Part shown: piece after piece, positions 19,411-29,161 of the stretch
Layout: every line of letters starts with the position of its first letter
Position numbering within the stretch: position 1 is the first letter of the stretch
NCBI GenBank assembly: GCA_016194705.1
Contig: JACQAZ010000010.1
Location: forward strand, 166 to 64,165
From: Elusimicrobiota bacterium
Lineage (GTDB): Bacteria > Elusimicrobiota > Elusimicrobia > UBA1565 > UBA9628
DNA length: 64,000 nt
Direction of reading: 5' to 3'
The notes under the pieces: model-generated
The model's database searches: none
Told to the model about the DNA's origin: nothing
Seen by the model: the letters and a program-made list of their open reading frames with translations, nothing else
Program-made: the position numbers and the translations under genes

Positions 19411-19463
19411 GCACCGATTATAGCCATTTCGACGCCGCGCGCCAAAGATGCTAAAATCCTCCT
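19411..19463. promoter_or_regulatory. divergent promoter region giving near-leaderless mRNAs in both directions
   Basis: On the minus strand, TATAAT (rc of 19417-19422) lies 6 nt before the M16 ATG, with TTGGCG 17 nt upstream. On the plus strand, TGcTAAAAT (an extended -10) ends 9 nt before the 19464 ATG. Confidence 0.45.
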
Positions 19464-19955
19464 ATGAAAGGAAGGCTCGTCATCCCCCTGTGTCTCGCCG
19501 TGGCCGCGCTCGGCTCGGCGTGCGCCGGCATCAGCTTCGGCCGCAGGGTCACCGACGACGAGGTCATCCTCCAGCAGGAGATCCACTCCTACTACAACCA
19601 GGTCCAGGAGGCCTTCGCCACGGCCAATCCGGACGCCCTGGTCTCGCTGTTCTCCCCGTCGATCACCCACCCGATGTCCCACCAAGAGATCAAGGCCTGG
19701 GCCGAAAAGTTTTTCAAGGAGAATAGGAACGGCCACTTCAAGATCGAGAAGCTCTCTTTCGAGGGGCTGAGCTACATCAAGGCCTCCGTGGTGCTGACCT
19801 ACAAGGTGGAGACCCCTGAACACAAGGGCGACTTCGGCGGCACAGAACGCGACACCTTGGTCAAGGACCACGGCCACTGGTACGTCGCGGGTTGGGACAA
19901 GGTCGATCCCAACGAGAAAGCGAAGATCGAGACCCTGCTTCACTCCCCTTACTGA
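19464..19955 (+). CDS. lipoprotein, possibly with an NTF2/SnoaL-like fold
   Basis: A lipobox (LGSAC) is present. Pairing it with the 150-aa mixed alpha/beta size is my fold guess, not a match. Confidence 0.55.
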   Translation: MKGRLVIPLCLAVAALGSACAGISFGRRVTDDEVILQQEIHSYYNQVQEAFATANPDALVSLFSPSITHPMSHQEIKAWAEKFFKENRNGHFKIEKLSFEGLSYIKASVVLTYKVETPEHKGDFGGTERDTLVKDHGHWYVAGWDKVDPNEKAKIETLLHSPY

Positions 19956-19958
19956 GCT

Positions 19959-20834
19959 TCAGCGGAAGTAGCGCAGAAAACAATAGGCTCCGTGCCCGAG
20001 CACGGTCAACGCGGGCAGCAGCAGCGCGCCGATTGCCTTGGCGGGATTGCCCGCTTCCAAGGTCCCGCCGGGCCCCGTACGGATGAGGCCGGGCAAGGTG
20101 TCCAAGGTCGCCATCCGGGACGGGTTCTGCGGGTCGTAGAGCAGGTTCTCCCTCTCCTGATCTTCCAGCAGCTCGGGCATATGAGTTTTCGTTGACGCCC
20201 GCCGCTCGAGGCCGTGGTCGTCGACGAAGGAGAAGACCATCTCGTAGACCGTGCGGTCGTTGATCTTCGTGTTCGTCGGTTTTTTTTCGACGAGCTTGCC
20301 CGAAGCCAGCTTGCCGCGCGCGAGCAGCGCCACATCCTTGAGCCCGGAGCGCAGGCCGAAGAAGGCGCAGACAAGCCCCACCAGCGGGAAGATCAGCACG
20401 AAGGCGACAAACGAAGGCATGACGCTCGTGCGCAGGCCCTTGATGCGCGAACGCTCGGAGCGGCCCGCGGGCCACTCGACGCCGGCCGACGACTCCGCCG
20501 GCGGACAGCCGCCGAGCCTGTAGGAGGTCCCGGAGCGCTGGACCCCGCCCGGCCCGGGGAAGACATAGGACAGGGCGTAGACCGCCGTGTTGTTCTCCGA
20601 GAAATTGGTCCTCTGGCAAGAAACGAGCCGGCCCTCGGCCGTTTCGAGCGGGCCGCGGAAGTCGTACCACGCCCTGAAGTCGGCCTGGGCTACGAAGATC
20701 CAGACGAAGACCATCCCGAAGCCGATGAAGATGAAGCCGAACTGGGTCAGAAAGTCGCCGAGAAGCTCCTGGATGAAAACAGAGAGAGGCACCTCGCGGG
20801 GCGGCGGAGCCAGCGTGAAGGCGGGTTCGTTCAA
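19959..20834 (-). CDS. hypothetical membrane protein with three TM helices separated by beta-rich domains (DUF3592-like repeats)
   Basis: TM segments are FGFIFIGFGMVFVWIFVA, FVAFVLIFPLVGLVCAFFGL and AIGALLLPALTVLG. The proposed start is TTG at 20834 in a TTGA overlap with the upstream stop. An alternative is GTG at 20792. Confidence 0.5.
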   Translation of the reverse strand: MNEPAFTLAPPPREVPLSVFIQELLGDFLTQFGFIFIGFGMVFVWIFVAQADFRAWYDFRGPLETAEGRLVSCQRTNFSENNTAVYALSYVFPGPGGVQRSGTSYRLGGCPPAESSAGVEWPAGRSERSRIKGLRTSVMPSFVAFVLIFPLVGLVCAFFGLRSGLKDVALLARGKLASGKLVEKKPTNTKINDRTVYEMVFSFVDDHGLERRASTKTHMPELLEDQERENLLYDPQNPSRMATLDTLPGLIRTGPGGTLEAGNPAKAIGALLLPALTVLGHGAYCFLRYFR

Positions 20835-21898
20835 GGCAGCGGGAACTCGCGGCCGTCGAGTGCGTGGACGGTCTCCGCGATGCGCCCGGGGCCGAGCTTG
20901 ACCTCGATGTGGTGCGCGAACAGGCACTGGGGCTCGGTGAGGGGCAGGGGATAGAGCGGGGAACCGCCGCCGCCGCTGAGCACGTAGCGCGTGCCGCGGT
21001 GCTCGGCCACGCCGAAGGCGTGGATGTGGCCGAAGTAGACGCGCTCGACGTGGCGCTCGGCCATGAGGTCGTCGAAGGCCTGCGCGTTCTCGTCGAAGTA
21101 CGCCGTCAGCACGTCGTGGACGTAGCCTCCCTTCTTGGGCTTGTTCTCGAACTGGGGCGCGACGCAGGCGTTGAGCTTGCCCTTGAGGAACTTGGGCGGC
21201 ACGTGAGTGAAGACGAGGATTCGGCGGCCGGGGATCAGGACCTTCTTGAGCCAACCCAGCTGCGCGTCGCTCAAGGTCCGATCGGCCGTGTCGAGACCAA
21301 CGAGGAGCCAGCCGTTGTAGTCCACGACGAAGTCGCCGGAGCCGAAGACCGCTTCATATAGGGCTTTGTCGGCCCTCCCGTTAGGCGCCGAGCGGTCGTG
21401 GTTGCCGATGACGGAGAAGATCGGGATGCCGGGATGGCCATCGAGGTACTTCACGCGGCCGCGATAGCCCGCCTGGGTGCCCTTGCTGACCATGTCGCCG
21501 AGTTGGAAGACCAAGTCCGGAGCGTCGGACGCGATCGAGCTCATGAGCTTCTCGTAGGCTCCCTTGCCCGGCGAGAAGACCCGCTCCCAGGCGAAGCGCC
21601 CGGGCTCGGCGTCGCCGATGACGGCGATCGTGAAGCGGTCCTTGGGACGGGGGCTCTTGCGCGCCAAAAGCTCGGCCTGAGCCTGATTGCCCACGCGGCC
21701 CCGCGCGTCCGAGAGGTCCTTGGGCACGAGCACCTTGCCGCGCGCCGCGGGCGGGGGCGGCGGCAGGACCGGCCGCTGCCCCGCGGTCGTCTTGCCGCCG
21801 TCGAAGAAGCCCGAGAGGCCGCCGTTCGGTTCCTGCGCCGCAGCCCAGACCGCGATGGAGGCCACGATCAGTCCGGCCGCAGCTCGCCGATGTCTCAC
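20831..21898 (-). CDS. secreted calcineurin-like metallophosphoesterase
   Basis: A signal peptide is present. MPE motifs are visible: IGDAEPG, GDMVSKG, GNHD and GHIHAFG. Confidence 0.8.
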   Translation of the reverse strand: MRHRRAAAGLIVASIAVWAAAQEPNGGLSGFFDGGKTTAGQRPVLPPPPPAARGKVLVPKDLSDARGRVGNQAQAELLARKSPRPKDRFTIAVIGDAEPGRFAWERVFSPGKGAYEKLMSSIASDAPDLVFQLGDMVSKGTQAGYRGRVKYLDGHPGIPIFSVIGNHDRSAPNGRADKALYEAVFGSGDFVVDYNGWLLVGLDTADRTLSDAQLGWLKKVLIPGRRILVFTHVPPKFLKGKLNACVAPQFENKPKKGGYVHDVLTAYFDENAQAFDDLMAERHVERVYFGHIHAFGVAEHRGTRYVLSGGGGSPLYPLPLTEPQCLFAHHIEVKLGPGRIAETVHALDGREFPLP

Positions 21899-21979
21899 GC
21901 TTCGATTCTAACATAAGACGAGACGGGACTGCAGGCGAGGCGGCGGAGCGCGGCCCCCGGATTTTGTAGACTCTCCGTC

Positions 21980-23284
21980 ATGCGCACCATCCACGTCGCA
22001 GTCGCGGGCCTGGGCTTCGTCGGCCGGGAGACCGTGCGGCTGCTCCGGGCCAACCGCGAGCGCTTCCGCGGTCGCCTGGGCGCCGACGTCGAGCTCGCGG
22101 CCGTGGCCGACCGCGACGTCCACCGCGAAGCCCGCCGACTCGGTCTTCCCGTGTCGGTCCTGCGCGTGCGCGACCCGCGCAGGCTCGCGAGCCTCCCCGG
22201 CATCGACATCGTCGTCGAAGTGCTCGGCGGCCTCGACGCGCCAAGAGCCCTGGCGCTCTCGTCGCTCAAGACCGGCCGTCATCTGGTCACCGCCAACAAG
22301 CGGCTGCTCTCCCACTGCTGGGACGAACTGCGGCGCGCCGCCGCGAGGGGCTCGGCGCGACTCTATTTCGAAGCCTCGGTGGCCGGCGGCATCCCCGTCC
22401 TGCAGGCCCTCGACAACGGCTTCGCGGCCAACCGCATCGAGGCCGTCTACGGCATACTCAACGGGACGACCAACTACATCCTCTCCTCGCTCGAGCACGC
22501 GGGCCCCGGCGCCACGATGCAGAGCGCGCTGGCGCAGGCCCAGGCCGCGGGCTTCGCCGAGAAGGACCCGACGATGGACTTGAGCGGAGAGGATTCGGTG
22601 CAAAAGGTCTCTGTGCTGGCCTCGCTTTTGACCGGGCGCGCGCTGCCCCCCGGGCGCATCGCCCGCCAGGGCATCACCGGCATCGAGCGCCAGGACATCG
22701 ACTTCGCGCTCGGGACCCTCTCGCGCACGCCGCGCCTGCTGGGCGTGCTGCGCCTCGACTGGGGCAAGACCGTGCGGCTCGAGGCGCATGTCTTTCCGAC
22801 CCTGGTGCCCCTCGAGCACCCCTTAGCCGCGGTGCGCCGCCAGTACAACGCGGTCATGGTCAAGGCCTCGCACGCCGACGACCTCATGTTCTACGGCAAG
22901 GGGGCGGGGCCCGGCCCCACGGCGAGCGCCGTCGTGGGAGACGTCTTCATGCTCTGCCGCGACATACTGGGCGCGGCACCCTCAAAACCCCGACCTCCAG
23001 TCAAAGTCGAATTGATCCCGGTCTCGGAGTCGGTCTCTCCCTATTATCTGCGTCTTTTCGCCCAGGACAAGCCGGGTGTGCTGGCCAAGATCGCAGCCGC
23101 GCTCGGACGCCGCGGCATCTCGATCGCCTCGATCCACCAGTCGGACGTCCCCGCGAAGGACGGCGTGCCGATCGTTCTGACGACGCATCCCGCGAAGCTC
23201 GGCGCCTTCAAAGCGGCCCTGCGCGAGATTCTGGGTCTGGGATCCGTGGCCCGGCGCCACACCATGCTCCGGATGCTGCCGTGA
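21980..23284 (+). CDS. hom: homoserine dehydrogenase with a C-terminal ACT domain
   Basis: VAGLGFVGRE (NAD-binding) and LVTANKR are present. ACT-domain tail. Confidence 0.9.
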   Translation: MRTIHVAVAGLGFVGRETVRLLRANRERFRGRLGADVELAAVADRDVHREARRLGLPVSVLRVRDPRRLASLPGIDIVVEVLGGLDAPRALALSSLKTGRHLVTANKRLLSHCWDELRRAAARGSARLYFEASVAGGIPVLQALDNGFAANRIEAVYGILNGTTNYILSSLEHAGPGATMQSALAQAQAAGFAEKDPTMDLSGEDSVQKVSVLASLLTGRALPPGRIARQGITGIERQDIDFALGTLSRTPRLLGVLRLDWGKTVRLEAHVFPTLVPLEHPLAAVRRQYNAVMVKASHADDLMFYGKGAGPGPTASAVVGDVFMLCRDILGAAPSKPRPPVKVELIPVSESVSPYYLRLFAQDKPGVLAKIAAALGRRGISIASIHQSDVPAKDGVPIVLTTHPAKLGAFKAALREILGLGSVARRHTMLRMLP

Positions 23285-24303
23285 CGCAAGGCATCCTCGC
23301 ACGCTACCGCGACCGGCTCCCTGTCGGCGCGAAGACCCCGATCATCACGCTCGGCGAGGGCGCAACGCCCCTGGTCCAAGCCGACGCGCTGGCGCGCCGG
23401 GCGGGGCTGCCGAAAGGCTCGCTCTATCTTAAGCTTGAGGGCTCCAACCCCACAGGCTCCTTCAAGGACCGCGGCATGACTTTGGCGATCTCGAAGGCTT
23501 TGGAATCGGGCGCCCGCGGCGTTCTCTGCGCCTCGACGGGCAACACCGCGGCCTCGGCCGCGGCCTACGCCGCGCGCGCGGGGCTGCGCTGTGTGGTCTT
23601 CCTGCCAAAGGGCGGCGTCGCGATGGGCAAGCTCGTCCAATCGCTGATGTACGGCGCCGAGGTCGTCGAGGTAAGAGGCAATTTCGATGAGGCTCTGGCG
23701 CTGGCCATGTCGACGGCCCGCCGCGAGGGCTTCACCGTGGTCAACTCATCGAATCCCTTTCGCATCGAAGGCCAGAAGACCGGCGCCTTCGAGATCGTCG
23801 AACAGCTCGGGGCGGCGCCCGAGTACCAGTTCATGCCCGTCGGAAACGCCGGCAACATCACCGCATACTGGAAGGGCTACCGCGAGGCGGGCCCGGGGCG
23901 GCCCAGGATGATGGGCTTTCAGGCGGCGGGCGCGGCCCCGCTGGTGCTGGGCCGGCCGGTCCTTAAGCCCAAGACCGTCGCTACCGCGATCCGCATCGGC
24001 AACCCGGTCTCACGCGAAGGCGCGCTGCGCGCCCGCGACGAGTCGCGCGGCCTCATCGGCAAGGTCAGCGACGCGCAGATCATCAATGCCTACCGCCTCC
24101 TCGCCCGCCTCGAGGGCGTGTTCTGCGAGCCCTCCAGCGCCGCCGGCGTCGCCGGCTTATTGAAGATACGGCACGAAGGTTATCCGATCAGGGGTCGTGC
24201 CGTTTGCATACTGACCGGCCACGGGCTCAAGGACCCCGATACTCCTTTGCAGTTCGCTTATAAGAGGAAGATCGTCGCACCGGGAGGAAAGCTGCGGCTA
24301 TGA
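23281..24303 (+). CDS. thrC: threonine synthase
   Basis: PLP-fold motifs are present (LEGSNPTGSFKDRG...STGNTAAS). A GTG start sits in a GTGA overlap with hom. Confidence 0.9.
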   Translation: MTQGILARYRDRLPVGAKTPIITLGEGATPLVQADALARRAGLPKGSLYLKLEGSNPTGSFKDRGMTLAISKALESGARGVLCASTGNTAASAAAYAARAGLRCVVFLPKGGVAMGKLVQSLMYGAEVVEVRGNFDEALALAMSTARREGFTVVNSSNPFRIEGQKTGAFEIVEQLGAAPEYQFMPVGNAGNITAYWKGYREAGPGRPRMMGFQAAGAAPLVLGRPVLKPKTVATAIRIGNPVSREGALRARDESRGLIGKVSDAQIINAYRLLARLEGVFCEPSSAAGVAGLLKIRHEGYPIRGRAVCILTGHGLKDPDTPLQFAYKRKIVAPGGKLRL

Positions 24304-25217
24304 GGCGCCCACGTCGGGTCAAGGTCACCGTGCCCGCCTCGACGAGCAACCTGGGGCCCGGCTTCGACTGCCTGGGCCTGGCCCTGGGGCTCTACAACGA
24401 GCTCGTCGTCGAGGAGCATCCCGAGCCCGGCGAGACGACCATCGAGATCTCCGGCGAGGGCGCCGAGACCTTGCCGCGCGGCCCGGAGAACATGATCTTG
24501 AAGGCGGCAAACGCCGTCATCGCCGGGCGCGAGCACGGGCGCTTGCTCTTCAAGGCGGTCAACCGCATCCCCTTGGCGCGGGGCTTGGGCTCGTCTGCCG
24601 CCGCCATCGTCTCGGGCCTGGTGGCCGCCAACGAGCTTTTCAAGCCCTCCGCGCTGACGCCGCGCGAGCTCTTCCAATACGCCGCGACGCTGGAAGGGCA
24701 TCCCGACAACGCCGCTCCCGCGCTTTTCGGCGGGCTGACGGTCTGCGTCAAGCAGCGACAGGGTTCCGAGCCTTTCCCTTTGAAGGTCCACAAGGACCTC
24801 TGCGCCGTGGTCTGCGTCCCGGACTTCGAGCTGGCGACCTCGAAAGCCCGCGCGGTCCTGCCGCACACCGTGCTGCTGAGCCAGGCCGTCGACAACATCG
24901 CGCGCGCGGCCCTGCTGACGGCGGCGCTCGAGCGGGGGATTTGGGGGGCTCTCTCCGAGGCGACCCAGGACGTCCTCCACCAGCCTTACCGTTCCTCTCT
25001 GGTGGCCGGGCTCGACGAAGCGCTCTCGGCGGCGCGGCGCGCAGCGCCCTGCGGGGCCGCCCTCTCGGGCTCGGGGCCGACGACCGTGGCCTTCTGCAAG
25101 AAAGGGCCGCACGCGCGCCGCATCGGCGAGGCCATGCGCTCCGAGTTCTCGCGGCGAGGCGTCAAGTGCAAGGTCCTGGTATTGGCGGTGGACCGGAGGG
25201 GAGCCCGGGCGCAATGA
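24300..25217 (+). CDS. thrB: homoserine kinase
   Basis: The GHMP-kinase motif is present (PLARGLGSSAAAIVSG). There is an ATGA overlap with thrC. Confidence 0.9.
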   Translation: MRRPRRVKVTVPASTSNLGPGFDCLGLALGLYNELVVEEHPEPGETTIEISGEGAETLPRGPENMILKAANAVIAGREHGRLLFKAVNRIPLARGLGSSAAAIVSGLVAANELFKPSALTPRELFQYAATLEGHPDNAAPALFGGLTVCVKQRQGSEPFPLKVHKDLCAVVCVPDFELATSKARAVLPHTVLLSQAVDNIARAALLTAALERGIWGALSEATQDVLHQPYRSSLVAGLDEALSAARRAAPCGAALSGSGPTTVAFCKKGPHARRIGEAMRSEFSRRGVKCKVLVLAVDRRGARAQ

Positions 25218-26440
25218 GGATCACGGTCATGAAGTTCGGCGGGACCTCAGTGGCCGATCCCGAGAAGATCCAGCGCGCCGCCGAGCGCGCGGTCGCGGAG
25301 CGGCGCAAAGGCCGGGGAGTCGTCGTGGTGGTCTCGGCTCCCGGCCAGATGACCGACGAGCTGCTGACCTTGGCCGAACGCGTAGCACCTCGGCCCGACG
25401 AGCGCGAGCTCGACCAGCTGCTCTCGACCGGCGAGCAAGTCGGCATCTCGCTGTTCTCGATGGCCTGCCTCGCCCGCGGGGCCGCCGCGGTCTCGATGAC
25501 CGGCGCCCAGGCCGGCGTCGAGGCGCAGGGCCCGCATACTCGGGCCCAGATCGTCCGGATCCGCCCGGCCAACATACTGCGCGAACTGCATGCGGGCCGC
25601 ATCGTGACCGTCGCCGGCTTCCAGGGACTCAACGACGCCGGCGCCGTGGCGACGCTGGGACGCGGCGGCTCGGACCTGACCGCCGTCGCGCTGGCTTCCG
25701 CGCTCAAGACCGGATCCTGCGAGATCTTCTCCGACGTCAAAGGCGTCTACACCGCAGATCCAAGGATCGTCTTCGAGGCCCGAAAGCTTACCCGCCTCGG
25801 CTTTGAGGAAATGCTCGAACTGGCCGGCGCCGGTTCGCAGGTCATGCAGGCCCGTTCGCTCGAGGTCGCCGCATCGCATGGCGTGTCCATCCATGTGCGC
25901 TCGGCCTTCCACCGCGAGCCCGGGACGTGGATCGTCCCCAAGGAGAACAACACCATGCTGGAGAAAGCCCGCGTCTCGGCCCTGGCCCTCGACAAGAACG
26001 AGGTGCGCCTGAGCATCGTCGACGTCCCGGACCGCCCGGGCGTGGCCGCCGAGGTGCTCTCTGTCCTGGCAAAGCGCGACATCCCCGTGGACATGATCAT
26101 CCAATCCGCCCCGACCCATCGCGGCGTCAACGACATCTCGTTTATGACCCCGCGCGCCTGGGCGTCCAAAGCCCGCGAGGCCCTGGCCAGCGCCGCGAAG
26201 GAGCTCAATGCCAGGGTCGACCTGCACGAGCACGTGGCCAAGATATCCGCCGTTGGCACGGGATTTCGCCACCACCCCTGGGTCGCCGCGCGCATGTTCG
26301 AGACCTTGGCCAAGAACAAGATCAACATCCACATGATCGTGGCCTCCGACCTGCGCATCTCCTGTGTGGTCGACGCCAAGCACGGCGAGACGGCCTTGCG
26401 GGCCCTGCACCGCGCCTACGGGCTGGGAAAGTCCAGATGA
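25214..26440 (+). CDS. lysC: aspartate kinase
   Basis: The start is ATG 25214 (MRITVMKFGGTSV), in an ATGA overlap with thrB. The upstream ORF-track extension overlaps thrB and is rejected. Two C-terminal ACT domains are present. Confidence 0.9.
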   Translation: MRITVMKFGGTSVADPEKIQRAAERAVAERRKGRGVVVVVSAPGQMTDELLTLAERVAPRPDERELDQLLSTGEQVGISLFSMACLARGAAAVSMTGAQAGVEAQGPHTRAQIVRIRPANILRELHAGRIVTVAGFQGLNDAGAVATLGRGGSDLTAVALASALKTGSCEIFSDVKGVYTADPRIVFEARKLTRLGFEEMLELAGAGSQVMQARSLEVAASHGVSIHVRSAFHREPGTWIVPKENNTMLEKARVSALALDKNEVRLSIVDVPDRPGVAAEVLSVLAKRDIPVDMIIQSAPTHRGVNDISFMTPRAWASKAREALASAAKELNARVDLHEHVAKISAVGTGFRHHPWVAARMFETLAKNKINIHMIVASDLRISCVVDAKHGETALRALHRAYGLGKSR

Positions 26441-26970
26441 GGCTCAGGGACTGCTGCGCCGCAGCGGCGCTGGCGCTGGCCGGCTGCGGCGCTCCCGGCC
26501 CCTCGACAGTGAGGCCGCCGCTGGCCGAGTCGCAGAAGCTCGACATCCGACTTTGTCTCTCCGAGGACACGCCCAAGAGAAAGCTCGGCGCCGCCGTCCG
26601 CCACCGCTACTACACCGAGCGCCGCCCGCCGTTCAAGCGCGTGCATCTGATGCCCCACGACGGACTGACCCGCAGGTGCGACATCATCGCCGTGCTCACG
26701 AGCTCCGATAATGATTCCGGGACCCATCGCGCGGACGCTGTCTCCCCGGTCTCGAACAAGACCCTGTTCTCAGCCTCCGCCGAGGGCGCCTTGACGGCCG
26801 CAGCGGCGTCCTTGGCAGACCAGCTCTTCGCGGCCTTCGACCGCGGCACGGCTTTGCACGACGCCGTGATCGCCGAGCGCGACGCGCGGGCGGCCGCGCA
26901 TCCGCTGCCCCCGCAGGCTCCGGGGGCCGACGAGGACAAGGCCGAGGCGGAGGGTCCGCATGAGCCTTAA
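26437..26970 (+). CDS. hypothetical lipoprotein
   Basis: ATG 26437 sits in an ATGA overlap with lysC. A lipobox (LALAGCG) is present. I recognise no domain. Confidence 0.6.
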   Translation: MRLRDCCAAAALALAGCGAPGPSTVRPPLAESQKLDIRLCLSEDTPKRKLGAAVRHRYYTERRPPFKRVHLMPHDGLTRRCDIIAVLTSSDNDSGTHRADAVSPVSNKTLFSASAEGALTAAAASLADQLFAAFDRGTALHDAVIAERDARAAAHPLPPQAPGADEDKAEAEGPHEP

Positions 26971-27337
26971 GGCGGCGCTCATCCCCCTGGCGCTGCTGTG
27001 CGCCGCGACGGCCGCCGAGCGCGTCGTCGGCGTGGGCCTGGTCATCAAGATCGTCGGCCGCTATCCGGCCGTCGAGTCGCTGGTCCCCGGCGGCCCGGCG
27101 CTGCGCGAGGGCAACCTCAAGCCCGGCGACCGCATCGAGGGCGTGGCCCAGGGAGACGGGCCTTGGGTCGACACGGCCGGCCTCAAGCTCGAGGGCGTGG
27201 TCGCCCTCATCCGCGGCCCCCGCGGCAGCTCGGTGCGCCTGCGCGCCGTGCGCGTCGAGGAAGACGGCGGCCGCCGGCAGATCGTGGTCGCCCTCAAGCG
27301 CGACGTCCTCAAGGACGAGCAAGGAAAGAAGCGATGA
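26960..27337 (+). CDS. small secreted PDZ-domain protein
   Basis: A signal peptide is followed by a PDZ-like GLGL-type fold ([37 protein letters not shown]). Confidence 0.65.
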   Translation: MSLKAALIPLALLCAATAAERVVGVGLVIKIVGRYPAVESLVPGGPALREGNLKPGDRIEGVAQGDGPWVDTAGLKLEGVVALIRGPRGSSVRLRAVRVEEDGGRRQIVVALKRDVLKDEQGKKR

Positions 27338-27849
27338 CCCCGGATTTCGTCGCCATCGATTTCGAGACGGCCGACCAAGGGGCGGACAGCGCCTGCGCGG
27401 TGGGCCTGGTCAAAGTCGAGGGCGGAAGGATCGTGAGGAGCGAATCCCACCTGATTCGCCCGCCGCGGCGGACCATCCTGTTCACCTATATCCACGGCAT
27501 CGAGTGGCGGCACGTCGCCGACAAGCCCGTTTTCAAGGACGTGTGGCCGCGCGTTGCTGAGATGCTCAGCGGGGCGCGCTTCATCGCGGCTCACAACGCG
27601 CCCTTCGACCGCGGGGTCTTGAGTGCCTGCTGCGCCGCCGCCGGCGTGCGCGCCCCCTCCCAGCCGTTTGTCTGCACGGTGCGCCTCGCCCGCAAGGCGT
27701 GGAATCTGCGGCCGACGAAGCTTCCCAACGTGTGCGAGCACCTCGGCATCGCCTTGAACCACCATGAGGCGCTCTCGGACGCCACCGCCTGTGCTAAAAT
27801 CGTCCTGGCCGCCCTTGCCGAAGGCAAGGGCGGCCTCACGGAGGCTTAA
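27334..27849 (+). CDS. DEDDh-family 3'-5' exonuclease (DnaQ / RNase T-like)
   Basis: FVAIDFETA (Exo I), AHNAPFDRGVL (Exo II) and HEALSDATA (Exo III with the catalytic His) are present. ATG 27334 sits in an ATGA overlap. Confidence 0.85.
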   Translation: MTPDFVAIDFETADQGADSACAVGLVKVEGGRIVRSESHLIRPPRRTILFTYIHGIEWRHVADKPVFKDVWPRVAEMLSGARFIAAHNAPFDRGVLSACCAAAGVRAPSQPFVCTVRLARKAWNLRPTKLPNVCEHLGIALNHHEALSDATACAKIVLAALAEGKGGLTEA

Positions 27850-29156
27850 TGAGGCCGAAAAAACTGGAGTGGGTCCTCTCGCTGCTGGCCCTGGCCGCCG
27901 CGGGGCTTTTGGGGGTGCTGGTCCCGTGGACGCCTCCGGGAGTTTCGGGGGGGCCGATCGTGGCCGGGGACGTGGCTTGGATGCTGACGGCCACCGCGCT
28001 GGTTCTCCTGATGACGCCCGGCCTCTCCTTCTTTTACGGCGGCATGGTCCAGCGCAAGAACGTCATCTCGACGATGCTGCAAAGCTTCATCTCGATGGGG
28101 GTCTTGAGCATCCTCTGGGTGCTCGTGGGCTTCTCTCTCTCGTTTGGGGACTCGATCGGCGGCTTGATCGGCGATCCGAGGACCTACTTTCTTTTCCGAG
28201 GCGTCGGAGGCGCGACGCACCCGGACCTGGCGCCCACGATCCCTTTGGCGTTGTTTGCGATGTTCCAGCTCAAGTTTGCGATCATCACGCCGGCGCTGAT
28301 TACGGGTTCGTTTGCCGAGCGCGTGCGCTTCTCGAGCTACATCCTCTTCATCACCCTGTTCTCGCTCTTCATCTACTGCCCGCTCGCGCATTGGACCTGG
28401 CACCCGCAGGGCTTCCTGCGACAGTGGGGCGTGCTCGACTTCGCGGGCGGCACGGTCGTCCACATGTCGGCCGGTTTCGCGGCCCTGGCCGGAGCGCTGT
28501 ACCTCGGCCGCCGCAAGGTCCACTTGGCGCAGGAAGCTCACGTCCCGGCCAACATCCCCTTCGTTTTGCTCGGCACCGGCATGCTTTGGTTCGGCTGGTT
28601 CGGCTTCAACGCGGGCTCGGCCCTGGCCGCCAACGAGACCGCGGTGCTTGCCTTTATCAACACCAATACCGCTTCCGCAGCCGCTATGCTCGCCTGGGTC
28701 TTCTTCGACGCGGTGCGGGGGCGCAGGCCCTCGGCGCTGGGGGCCTCGGTGGGGGCGGTGGTGGGCCTGGTCGCGATCACGCCGGCCGCCGGCTACGTTC
28801 CGGTGGGCTCCTCGATCGCCATCGGAGCGGTTGCCGCCGTTGTGAGCAACCTCGCCGTGCATTGGAAGTCGAAGTCGAGCGTGGACGACACCTTGGACGT
28901 CTTCCCCTGCCACGGCGTCGGCGGAATCGTCGGCATGATCGCCACCGGCGTCTTCGCCGACAAGGTCGGCCTCGTTCACGGCGACCCGACGATCTTCCTG
29001 CGCCACATGGCCGCGATCGTGGTCGTGGGAGTCTTCAGCTTCGGCGGCTCCTACGTGATCTACAAGATCACCGACGCGCTCATCACCCTGCGCGTGCGCC
29101 CCGAGCAGGAGGAGCAGGGCCTCGACCTCTCCCAGCACGCAGAGAGCATCGCCTGA
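27849..29156 (+). CDS. amt: ammonium transporter
   Basis: A 435-aa polytopic Amt/MEP protein (DFAGGTVVHMSAGFAALAGAL...). The ATG overlaps the upstream stop by 1 nt (TAATG). Confidence 0.9.
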   Translation: MRPKKLEWVLSLLALAAAGLLGVLVPWTPPGVSGGPIVAGDVAWMLTATALVLLMTPGLSFFYGGMVQRKNVISTMLQSFISMGVLSILWVLVGFSLSFGDSIGGLIGDPRTYFLFRGVGGATHPDLAPTIPLALFAMFQLKFAIITPALITGSFAERVRFSSYILFITLFSLFIYCPLAHWTWHPQGFLRQWGVLDFAGGTVVHMSAGFAALAGALYLGRRKVHLAQEAHVPANIPFVLLGTGMLWFGWFGFNAGSALAANETAVLAFINTNTASAAAMLAWVFFDAVRGRRPSALGASVGAVVGLVAITPAAGYVPVGSSIAIGAVAAVVSNLAVHWKSKSSVDDTLDVFPCHGVGGIVGMIATGVFADKVGLVHGDPTIFLRHMAAIVVVGVFSFGGSYVIYKITDALITLRVRPEQEEQGLDLSQHAESIA

Positions 29157-29161
29157 GGAAG

